A stretch of 64,000 bases of DNA from IMG/VR virus record IMGVR_UViG_3300020050_015145, positions 1 to 64,000 of that record; one strand, given 5' to 3'. The position numbers were made by a program, and so were the translations under genes. This document shows, one piece after another, positions 27,232 through 35,742 of this stretch (position 1 is its first letter; each line of letters opens with the position of its first letter). The stretch is from a virus (taxonomy: Duplodnaviria; Caudoviricetes). Under the pieces are notes generated by a model, which did not search any database, was not told the DNA's origin, and saw only the letters and a program-made list of their open reading frames with translations.

Positions 27232-27391
27232 TAGCACTTGCCCGCTTGGTTTCGATAACTTCAATTTTGATTTCATCTTCCTTAATTTGCTCTTTTAAGT
27301 CCAAACCTCCGCAACTCTTCACCGCCAAAATCACCATGCAAATCATGGCCACGAATACGATTAGCGCAACTGAGAACCTGAACGCTTTCAT
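27128..27391 (-). CDS. Spanin-like lipoprotein or membrane protein
   Basis: Hydrophobic N-terminus ending AVKSC; located in the lysis cluster. Confidence 0.5.
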   Translation of the reverse strand: MKAFRFSVALIVFVAMICMVILAVKSCGGLDLKEQIKEDEIKIEVIETKRASANAVPIPFKSDSVRNKKLESANKKNGFKLSVRKSN

Positions 27392-27495
27392 AGCCTCTCC
27401 TTCACCTTTTTCTTCGTGGCAGCACTTGCTTTTTTGTACAGTCAACATCCCCCTGTGGACGAATCGGCATCGTTAGGGATATGCTTGGCTACATG

Positions 27496-27966
27496 TCACG
27501 CTGTGGGCATATACCCCTCATAGTCAGGTATTAAGTTTTGCGGCACAAAATAGGTGAAACGAACCATGCGACGCTTAGTAACAGGATTGAAGAAATAGTC
27601 CTGCGGATGCGCTTGATGTATCTCGCAGATTGTCACCCAATCACCCAGCCCTTTGTTAAGAACTGCCACGCCCTGCTTTGCCTTTTCTTCGTCGATATAG
27701 ACACACAGGCGCAAAACAGGGATATTATAGTTTTTGTCGGGCTGACCCGTCCATGCGTTATTGCGCTCCATTTTGGACACATTCTCAGCAATCAACGCAT
27801 CGTCGTGAGGAATGCGAAGTCTAACGAAAGCAGTTTTCATGTTCTCAAAAGCAGAACCACGTAAGGCGTCAACGACTGAAACATATACAGGTTGTACTTT
27901 GGCTTTCTTTTGCGCCTGCGCCGCTACTACCAACAGCGCTAAGCAGAGTATAAATAAGTTTTTCAT
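27496..27966 (-). CDS. Hypothetical secreted protein
   Basis: MKNLFILCLALLVVAAQA/Q signal peptide. Confidence 0.75.
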   Translation of the reverse strand: MKNLFILCLALLVVAAQAQKKAKVQPVYVSVVDALRGSAFENMKTAFVRLRIPHDDALIAENVSKMERNNAWTGQPDKNYNIPVLRLCVYIDEEKAKQGVAVLNKGLGDWVTICEIHQAHPQDYFFNPVTKRRMVRFTYFVPQNLIPDYEGYMPTA

Positions 27967-28003
27967 CTTCCTCGATTTGTTTTTACAATCCAACTGCAAC
28001 TTT

Positions 28004-28837
28004 TTATTGTGGCAGCGGGTATCTAATAATAACTATTCCGGAGGCGCCACCCATGCCGGGTGGGGTACTGGAATGGCCGCCACTTCCTGTATTTGCGGCT
28101 GGCGGTGTGCCGGTGTATGTGAATACCGGCGCGGGCGTGACATGTGCTCCATTGCCACCAATCGAATAGGTTACCGATGCGCCCGAAATTGAGTAGCTGC
28201 GCCCCGCCCCGCCCATACCCCGAGCGGCGTTTGTTCCCGCCGTTCCCGCCCCGCCGGCCCCGCCGCCGCCGCCGGAAGATTGATTGGTAGAAAGCACTCC
28301 GTCGCCGCCATTGAAGCCATAACCGGTTGCTCCGCCATTGGAGGTTTGAGAGGCCGCTCCAGCCGAAGATCCGCTGAAGCCCGCCTTACCACCACCGGAC
28401 CCGCCACCGCCGCCGCCAACACTGCCATCGGACCCGCCGCCGCCACCGCCAAAAGCTGTGATGTTGTCGAAAACGGAATTCCCTCCCGTTCCTCCTTTGC
28501 TACCGGAGATACCAATTGCACCACCCACCCCTACTGTGACGGTGTATGTTCCCTGTGTAACAATTCTCCCTGTTTGATAGGCAAGCCCGCCGGCCCCGCC
28601 GGCCCCGCCGGAATAGCCATACCCACTTGCTCCTCCCCCGGCAACTACCAGCACGTCAATTGTGTCAACCACGTTAAAAACTGCTGTTCCCGAGGTGGTG
28701 AAGGTGTGAATTCTGTACCCTCCAATGTCGGTCACAACCCCGCCATCGACCGGCGAAGCCATGATGTAGGGGTTGATTATCGTTTGCCCTGTCGTCTGAA
28801 TTGCGGCCAGCAACAGGAATATCAATAGCTTTTTCAT
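28004..28837 (-). CDS. Glycine-rich tail fibre-type protein with signal peptide
   Basis: YRIHTFTTSG, DVLVVAGGG, GGNSVF and SGIVIIRYP glycine-rich domain; MKKLLIFLLLAAIQTTG/Q. Confidence 0.8.
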   Translation of the reverse strand: MKKLLIFLLLAAIQTTGQTIINPYIMASPVDGGVVTDIGGYRIHTFTTSGTAVFNVVDTIDVLVVAGGGASGYGYSGGAGGAGGLAYQTGRIVTQGTYTVTVGVGGAIGISGSKGGTGGNSVFDNITAFGGGGGGSDGSVGGGGGGSGGGKAGFSGSSAGAASQTSNGGATGYGFNGGDGVLSTNQSSGGGGGAGGAGTAGTNAARGMGGAGRSYSISGASVTYSIGGNGAHVTPAPVFTYTGTPPAANTGSGGHSSTPPGMGGASGIVIIRYPLPQ

Positions 28838-29913
28838 TAGTTCATGTATCCGTTTATGGTCACCTTGCCTCCCTTTGCCGTTCCGTTTCCGACTTGATCG
28901 ACATCGATGGTTATTTTTGCCCATTTTGCCCATGAGGTATCCGATATGACCGGGGCGGTCGCTGCTGTGTTACTGCCTTCCTCTGTATTATCCACAGTTA
29001 ATTTTGTAGACAGGACGGTAGTGCCGGCTTTGTTAATATCGACCGTGAAAAGCGACCCCGACACCTGGGGGGTCGACAGCCCCAAATGCATCTCTGTTAC
29101 CGTCATGCTGTAAGGCATGTAGAAAGTCACCTTTGAGGTGCCGGCGGTAATGAATGAGGTTTCGTCCGAAAAGGAGACAACAATAGAAGCAGGTGTATTG
29201 ATAGTCAGGGTACCGGCACTACCCGAATTACCCATTGTTGCATAAGGTCCTACTATATTAAGAGAAGTAATCTCTCCTGAACTTCCGACATTAGAACCTT
29301 CTTCCCTGTATTGTATATTTGCCTGTTTTGCGTTCAGCGCCGTTTGGGTCGCGGTTGAAACAGGTTTGTTGGCGTCGGAAGTGTTATTGGTAGCATCCAC
29401 CCCTAATAGGATTCTCGCCTGCGAAACGGTTAAATCCTGCACCGCCGCTGAACTTCCTGTATTATTGCCTTTCAGCGAATTGGCCGCAGCATTGGCGAGT
29501 TTTGCGTTAGTAATCGCATTGTCCGCTACGGTCGTTGCCAAAACCGGCTCACGCTTATACCTGCGACCGTTGGCCGCAACAATGCAATCCGTTCCGTCAT
29601 CTGCCGTAGCGCTGCCTGATATGTACCGAAACCAACCTTCTTTCCCTGAATCGGTGATGTAGATTAATTCGTAATTGGTGTTATTGATAAGCCGCGTATT
29701 GGCAATTGTCTTGGTGTAATACTTCTTTTTGAGCGTGTCAACATGGTCAATCACATCATTAAAAGTCTCACGAAGCTTAACCGCCTGAATGGACTTATTA
29801 TTGGTCGAAGGGAAATACGTATTGATTTCGCCCCTGATAGCAGGAATAGGCTGCTGTCCGAAAGACGAAACGGCCAGCGAAAGCGCCAAAAGCGCCAGTG
29901 TTATTTTTTTCAT
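28837..29913 (-). CDS. Tail fibre/tailspike-type protein with signal peptide
   Basis: NNTSDANKPVSTATQTALNAK fibre repeat; GWFRY..SATADDG..GRRYKR tailspike-like N-domain; MKKITLALLALSLAVSSFG/Q. Confidence 0.8.
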   Translation of the reverse strand: MKKITLALLALSLAVSSFGQQPIPAIRGEINTYFPSTNNKSIQAVKLRETFNDVIDHVDTLKKKYYTKTIANTRLINNTNYELIYITDSGKEGWFRYISGSATADDGTDCIVAANGRRYKREPVLATTVADNAITNAKLANAAANSLKGNNTGSSAAVQDLTVSQARILLGVDATNNTSDANKPVSTATQTALNAKQANIQYREEGSNVGSSGEITSLNIVGPYATMGNSGSAGTLTINTPASIVVSFSDETSFITAGTSKVTFYMPYSMTVTEMHLGLSTPQVSGSLFTVDINKAGTTVLSTKLTVDNTEEGSNTAATAPVISDTSWAKWAKITIDVDQVGNGTAKGGKVTINGYMN

Positions 29914-32189
29914 AATTTCGCTATAAACAGTCTATTGCCTTCTGTTTTTCCTGAATACATCTTCCCTTCGATTTCAACTTCAAATTCAGTCCAGCGTCCG
30001 GGTCGCGACCAAACATCCTGCACTAACAGCACTTTTTGCCCGTTATTTTCACACACCAAAGCAAACGGCTGGCGCTTTTGTAGTGCATCTATGTACCAGC
30101 TTCCGTTTGTGATTTCGTCTACCGTGACAGCCGACAAAACGGAGCCATCTTTTGTTGCTCTTTTGTAGGTAAATTTGGGAGCCCTGCGGCTTCCGTCCAT
30201 GGCATCCTGAATGAGCGAATAGGTATAGGCGGCCTTAATGGTTGCATTGATGGCCATCGCCTCTTTGCCGATATAAAACTTATCCCCCTGCGGAGCGCGC
30301 CCCTGTTCAAATGTCCAGACTGAAAAACCGCCCGCCTCGGTATAGGCATTGTTGTATTGTGCTGTGCCGGAAGGGTTCCAGCCCACGGGTCCGGGACACC
30401 AATAGAATAGGTATTTTGAGGTCAACAACCCCAATGTCATGTTATCTTCCCACTGCGTAGGCGGGTACATGGGCTTATTGTCGGTACGTCGTGCTCTTGC
30501 ATTATGTTCAGGGATTTCTACGACGTGGTTGGGAGGAAAAGACACAAATTCGGTTTCCTGAAACGGCCACGAGAAGTACACCTGATCTTTGTCCGGCCAC
30601 GATCTGCGCCACAATTCGGAGGCGTCCAGTGATTTTAGGTAGGTAAGTTGAGGGCTGATGTTGCGCCCGTTGCCGTCGTTTTCAGAAAGATTGTTGTCGT
30701 AACTTACATAGCCATACCCTGTATTTATTACCGAATAAGGATTATACTTTTTCTGCAAGTCGTTCAGTCTGCTATATGCTTCTTCGTACTTTGCAATGTC
30801 TTTATTCTGCTGGCCGTAGTTTGTGTGAGGGGTAAGCTGAACACCGTCAAGCATCAAGTTGTTTGGCGAATTTGAAGGAATGTCCATCCAATTGTAAGCC
30901 ATTGCCCCGCGCTGTTTCAATCGCTCGATTACGTAACCCATATTTCGGGTGAAGTTTGGAGCGGCATAATCTACAATCCACGTTTCGGAGGCGTGAGGCT
31001 CAATGTCAAAAGCAACAATCTGTTCGATTGGCAATCCGTTGGCAAAATCAATGCACTCCTGTTCGGTCAGGTCGTGAAAGCCTTTGCGACTTGGTAAACT
31101 AAGTAAATAACTGCTTAGCGAATGGGCATAGAGCTTTAGGTGCCTTTTGCCTTTTTGCCAGTTAAACTGTATGCCGAGTTGTTTTTTGCGCTCGTCGGTT
31201 TCATCCAAAAATTCGTACTCGAAGCCGTAAGAGCGATTTTTAAGCGAAAAAGCAGGGAGTTTTGAAAAGGCAGACGGACGGCCGATTGGATTCGGGGAGT
31301 CCCCTGCCGGGTTCCAAGTCTCCGATTTTGGAACGACGTAGAAAAACAATTCAGAGCGCCGAAACTCGGCCTTTGGATTATCGTACATCGCCCTCCATAC
31401 CTCGCGAATACTTGATTGTGAAATAGAGTATTTGGAAACGTGGTAGAGTCGATAGGGTAAAATGGGCTCATTTTCCAACTTGCCGCAATTTTCCAAATCC
31501 GTCCATCCGTTTAGGGTATAAGAGGCCGACTGCAAGCTATTGCCTATATCCGAAAGAAGTAACTGTCCGTTTAGTTGCGAAATTCGTAGGTCTAAGTGCT
31601 CATCGGGACGGCTTTCGATGTAGCGCAACTCGTATTCGCCCGCCAGCTCTGCTGAGGGCAGAAATGGGTCTTTGAGGGCAAAAAGATTGTGCCCTCCTGT
31701 GTGTCTATCTGAATTTGGCAAAAGTGCTGCATTCGACACGTCGAAAGCTCTTTTTCCTTTTGCCGGATCGGAATTGCAATTAGTTGCCCTAATTTGCAGT
31801 TCATAAGCTCCGGCCGTCAGCTTTTGTTGAATAGAAACCTGCGAGGAAGTAAGCTGTCCTGTATTGCCGCCGCTCACAAACGCGCCCGATTGCGTAAGTG
31901 TCCAATCTATCGACCGTACATCTACCGCCTGAAAGGAAAATTCAATACGACCGTCACTGTACTTTGCAGTAAGCAGGTCTAACCCTGTCTTGCAATCAAG
32001 TTTTGAGACTACAACGGGCGCATGAGGATTTAGCCTGCTTTCGATGTATTCGCGTACCCATTGGCGGGTAGCAACAGTGTCTTTGTTTTCGGTTTTCGGG
32101 TTTTTGGGTTTGGACAGTTTTTGTCCAAAACTTTGCCCAATGCCTAAAAGCATCGTCGTTAGCAGGAGAAGAAGTTTGAGGTTTTTCAT
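29910..32189 (-). CDS. Large secreted protein, possibly a glycan-acting enzyme
   Basis: MKNLKLLLLLTTMLLGIGQSFG/Q; aromatic-rich C-terminal region; function not established. Confidence 0.7.
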   Translation of the reverse strand: MKNLKLLLLLTTMLLGIGQSFGQKLSKPKNPKTENKDTVATRQWVREYIESRLNPHAPVVVSKLDCKTGLDLLTAKYSDGRIEFSFQAVDVRSIDWTLTQSGAFVSGGNTGQLTSSQVSIQQKLTAGAYELQIRATNCNSDPAKGKRAFDVSNAALLPNSDRHTGGHNLFALKDPFLPSAELAGEYELRYIESRPDEHLDLRISQLNGQLLLSDIGNSLQSASYTLNGWTDLENCGKLENEPILPYRLYHVSKYSISQSSIREVWRAMYDNPKAEFRRSELFFYVVPKSETWNPAGDSPNPIGRPSAFSKLPAFSLKNRSYGFEYEFLDETDERKKQLGIQFNWQKGKRHLKLYAHSLSSYLLSLPSRKGFHDLTEQECIDFANGLPIEQIVAFDIEPHASETWIVDYAAPNFTRNMGYVIERLKQRGAMAYNWMDIPSNSPNNLMLDGVQLTPHTNYGQQNKDIAKYEEAYSRLNDLQKKYNPYSVINTGYGYVSYDNNLSENDGNGRNISPQLTYLKSLDASELWRRSWPDKDQVYFSWPFQETEFVSFPPNHVVEIPEHNARARRTDNKPMYPPTQWEDNMTLGLLTSKYLFYWCPGPVGWNPSGTAQYNNAYTEAGGFSVWTFEQGRAPQGDKFYIGKEAMAINATIKAAYTYSLIQDAMDGSRRAPKFTYKRATKDGSVLSAVTVDEITNGSWYIDALQKRQPFALVCENNGQKVLLVQDVWSRPGRWTEFEVEIEGKMYSGKTEGNRLFIAKL

Positions 32190-32244
32190 AAAAGAGTGTA
32201 TTGTCACAGACAGCACTCGAAAGCGCTGTCTGTGAAATGAATTA

Positions 32245-33480
32245 TTAAGCCGGAGTGGTTAATTCAAAACCGAAGATGCCGGTTACATCTTTTAAGATGT
32301 TTCCGCTCACGCTCGTAAAGAAGCCTGTAGGACGCTTGTAAAGTCCATAAAGCAATGAAGGCGTTACGTCAAGTGTTGGATATGCCTTGGTTGAAACCGC
32401 CATTTGAGCGCGGAAATCCACGTCCAATTCAAAGAAGTCGCCGCCTAAACCTGCAATGGAGCTGTCCAAAGCGGATTGCTCTACGCGGAAGCTGAGGCTT
32501 CCGTAAGAGTGGTCAAACCAGTTGCCGCTGTTAACAAAGCCATTTTCTCCGTGCTCAGGGCAAGGGCAGAATGCCGCTGCCGCCGTATCGAAGGCAATGA
32601 TTTTGTTCTCACCGTAGATGGTATCCACAGCAGGGTCAAAGTACCACAACACAGGCAGTTTTGCGTAGGCTTCTGCCAAGTTTACACCTGCGTTGTTGAC
32701 GGCCATAATCCCCTGTTTGGCCATGTACTTGCTCAAGCGCTGTCCACCCACCACGATCAAACGACCTTTCAATGAGTTCAAAAGCATCGTTTGCTGGAAG
32801 GCCTCCAATAGGTTTTCGGTTGCTTTTCCCGCAGAGTCAAATACCTCAACAGGCACACAGGGAGCCGCAGCGGTTGGAGTTACTTCATCCGGATACGCGG
32901 CATTTTTACCGATACCGGCCACCATCGAAGTGGTCAGTACGGAGTCAACGGGCTTTAACAAGGTTTCGTCCACCGTGCGGTAAATGTCCATACCGATGTC
33001 AAGCATCTTATCGCCGTATTTTGCGCCGTCAACACCGCCGTAGGGTTTTACCTTACCGTCAATCAAGCCGTTGATATACTTGAAGTAGCCAGGCTCCTTC
33101 ATTACGTCCGAGATAGCCCATTGAATACCCCACTCCCGACGCAGGTTGAAATCAACCGTTAAGTTGGTAGCGCCCTGAATAGCCGTTCCCGATGTTTTGG
33201 TACGGGTATTGCGACCCGTGCCGGCATAAGCGGGCTTAAAGTTGGTCGTTACGCTAAAATAAGGAAGCTCGGTTTCCGTGTCGAACTTCTTGGTTGTGCG
33301 GTTATCGCGCCCGCCGCCCGCAAAGGCTTTGACCGGGTCGATTTCGTTGATGATCTGGCGAAGCTCAGGAGCGCGGAGCGCCTTGAGCATACCTAAGTGA
33401 GAGAATTTGTACTCGTTGCCGGGTACGTGACCAACGGCCGCATACGTGATGCGACCGCCACTCAAATTAATGTCATTCAT
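32245..33480 (-). CDS. Major capsid protein (putative)
   Basis: 411 aa, follows scaffold, minor capsid and portal genes; strongly biased codon usage. Confidence 0.7.
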   Translation of the reverse strand: MNDINLSGGRITYAAVGHVPGNEYKFSHLGMLKALRAPELRQIINEIDPVKAFAGGGRDNRTTKKFDTETELPYFSVTTNFKPAYAGTGRNTRTKTSGTAIQGATNLTVDFNLRREWGIQWAISDVMKEPGYFKYINGLIDGKVKPYGGVDGAKYGDKMLDIGMDIYRTVDETLLKPVDSVLTTSMVAGIGKNAAYPDEVTPTAAAPCVPVEVFDSAGKATENLLEAFQQTMLLNSLKGRLIVVGGQRLSKYMAKQGIMAVNNAGVNLAEAYAKLPVLWYFDPAVDTIYGENKIIAFDTAAAAFCPCPEHGENGFVNSGNWFDHSYGSLSFRVEQSALDSSIAGLGGDFFELDVDFRAQMAVSTKAYPTLDVTPSLLYGLYKRPTGFFTSVSGNILKDVTGIFGFELTTPA

Positions 33481-33551
33481 TTTTAATGCCGTTTTTTCTG
33501 TTTCACAATTCCTTTCCCTTCATGCCTTACGACATCATTTTTTCGTTCGTC

Positions 33552-34421
33552 TTAGACGGACTTGGCTCTGCTGAAATTCTTTTCAGCAACTCCGCCGAGG
33601 GACGAACCGGCCCCGCCTCTTGGTACTTCTATCTGATCTTCCTGACCGGCATCCGATTTCTTTTCCCACGTTTCGTATTCTTTAAAAAACACGTCGGACA
33701 AATCTTCCACCGTCATTTTCTTTGTCGTTCCTTCCACCAAAACCGCTTCTTCCGGTGTGCCCTGCTTGCGTATCTCGCCCGATTCGTAATCAATCAACCA
33801 GCCCGCTTTTTTAACCATTTTAGAGGTGCGCGACTGGAAATCGTCCCGAACGTCTTTGTCTTTGAGTTTTTCAGCACTCATTTTGGGCATGGCCATAGCA
33901 AATAATTCCGCGTAGGTTTTCCCCTCCAATGCCGAGTTTACCTTGGTGCTGATTTTCTCGTACTCCGACTTGGTGATGTAGTCTCCCGCCGTAATTTGGC
34001 CCAGTACTTTGTCCAACTCTTTTTTGTAGTTGGCCGCATCCTGCCCTTCGCGTCCGGCTCCTTTGGAAAGAAAGTCCGTAACGATTTTGAGTTTTTTGTA
34101 GCTCGAATCCGCCTTGTTAAACTCCGCTTTGTTGGCCTCATCCAAAATCGCTTCGTACGGTTTGGTGATGGCGTCCACGGGATCTAAAAATTCGGGCTTC
34201 AATTTTGTTTTCAGCTTATCCTTCAGTGATTTCTCCACCTCCGGATGGGCCGTTGCTTCGGCAAGGGTCATCAAACCTTCGCCTACCAATTTCGCATCGT
34301 CATCGTCGAGGTCTTCCTCCAAGGTGTTCAATGCGTCCACTATTTTACTGTGTTTTTCGGCGTTAAAACGCCCGGATTTTTCGAGGATTCTTTTGAAAGT
34401 TCCTCCCAATTTTACTCCCAT
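33552..34421 (-). CDS. Capsid scaffolding protein (putative)
   Basis: Charged helical protein directly upstream of the putative MCP. Confidence 0.6.
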   Translation of the reverse strand: MGVKLGGTFKRILEKSGRFNAEKHSKIVDALNTLEEDLDDDDAKLVGEGLMTLAEATAHPEVEKSLKDKLKTKLKPEFLDPVDAITKPYEAILDEANKAEFNKADSSYKKLKIVTDFLSKGAGREGQDAANYKKELDKVLGQITAGDYITKSEYEKISTKVNSALEGKTYAELFAMAMPKMSAEKLKDKDVRDDFQSRTSKMVKKAGWLIDYESGEIRKQGTPEEAVLVEGTTKKMTVEDLSDVFFKEYETWEKKSDAGQEDQIEVPRGGAGSSLGGVAEKNFSRAKSV

Positions 34422-34476
34422 GATTAAGATAATTAAGAATCAGATTAAGTATATTATTAATTTGATTTACAAAAAA

Positions 34477-34878
34477 TTACATCTCCTCCACTTCGGAGTC
34501 GTCGATGATTTCCACTACGCTGTAACCGTCTTTTTTGGCTACGTACAGCCCAAGCAGTTTAATTCCCTGCAAACGGTCCAACTCCGCATTTTTAACACTC
34601 TGCCAATACGCTTTGGTTACCTGTGTCTCAGTACCGTTGGCGTTTTCAATCACCAATGGTGTTTTGTAGCTTAGTTCGCTAAACCTTTTCACCCGCGCAG
34701 CTTCCGCCTCTGCTTCCGCAGCAGCTTTTTCCTGTTCCGCTTTTTTCGCGGCCTCCGCGTCTGTCTCTGCCTTCGCTTTTTTTGCAGCTTCCGCAGCAGC
34801 CTTTTCCTGTTCCTTCTGAGCTTTTGCGGAATTTTTCTCCGCTAACGCCTTTTTTTCTTCTTCGGTCAACTCTGCCAT
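34477..34878 (-). CDS. Ala/Glu/Lys-rich hypothetical protein
   Basis: AEAAKKA-type repeats. Confidence 0.65.
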   Translation of the reverse strand: MAELTEEEKKALAEKNSAKAQKEQEKAAAEAAKKAKAETDAEAAKKAEQEKAAAEAEAEAARVKRFSELSYKTPLVIENANGTETQVTKAYWQSVKNAELDRLQGIKLLGLYVAKKDGYSVVEIIDDSEVEEM

Positions 34879-34920
34879 TTTTGTATTGTTTTAGGTAAAA
34901 AATAAATCATAATCTTTGTT

Positions 34921-35742
34921 TTAGCCCGCCATTCTTTCGTATAACTCCTTTGAGATGGGCAGCAGTCGGTGCCGGCAGTTGTACCCGCCCGCATACATAA
35001 AAATACTTTGGGCGTTGGTGCCGGGAATTTTGCCGCCCCATTCTTTTTTTGCCCACTCTTTCACTTCCGCTTTGGTATAGGCTTTGCCCACCCGTACATT
35101 GCAGAACTCACGTGTGGTTTTAATGCGTGTGCCCATGTAGTAATAATGCTGCGCTCCCAGTGCCTTGGTTACTTCGTCGGTATAAGCCCGCGAGTATTGG
35201 TACAGAGCATCCGAGGTATAGGTGGTAAAGTATTTCATGGGTTGACCTTTTTCGCCCAATATTTTCTTTAACGCCTCTCTGAAGTCGCTTTTTCGGGATT
35301 TGCTGTACACATGAAACTGCAAGGTTTTTACAATTTCACTCACGTATATCTGCTGCACTCCTTCACCCGTCAAAGAGCGACGCACCGCTTCCAGCGCTGC
35401 CCGGTAGGTATTGGTAACTTCCAATCCTTTTTGAGGAAAATCAAAGAACACTTTGCCGAAATACTCCTCCAGCTTGGTGATGGATTCGGCCATTTTGGAT
35501 ACCAAGTCACCCACCAAAACCGTAAAGCCCACGTTTTGAATCAACAAAGGCAAATTGGTCTGCATTTCAAGCAGTACACTCATGTTCTGAGCGAGGCTCC
35601 CGCCCTGAAAATCAAATTTGTCAATGAACTCAAAGAGTTTGTCAAGCAATTGCGAATTGATCGACAGTATTCGACTGTTTAATGAATCTATCCATTTTGA
35701 CAGCAATTCTTCCCATTTTTCAAAGTCTTCAATCGGCTCCAT
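34921..35742 (-). CDS. Minor capsid / MuF-like head morphogenesis protein
   Basis: YYYMG..TTREFC and GGYNCRHRLLP motifs. Confidence 0.8.
   Translation of the reverse strand: MEPIEDFEKWEELLSKWIDSLNSRILSINSQLLDKLFEFIDKFDFQGGSLAQNMSVLLEMQTNLPLLIQNVGFTVLVGDLVSKMAESITKLEEYFGKVFFDFPQKGLEVTNTYRAALEAVRRSLTGEGVQQIYVSEIVKTLQFHVYSKSRKSDFREALKKILGEKGQPMKYFTTYTSDALYQYSRAYTDEVTKALGAQHYYYMGTRIKTTREFCNVRVGKAYTKAEVKEWAKKEWGGKIPGTNAQSIFMYAGGYNCRHRLLPISKELYERMAG

Noticed and set aside
34700-34820. Near-tandem DNA repeats CTTCCGCAGCAGC...CCTGTTCC
   Set aside because: Explained by Ala/Glu/Lys protein repeats
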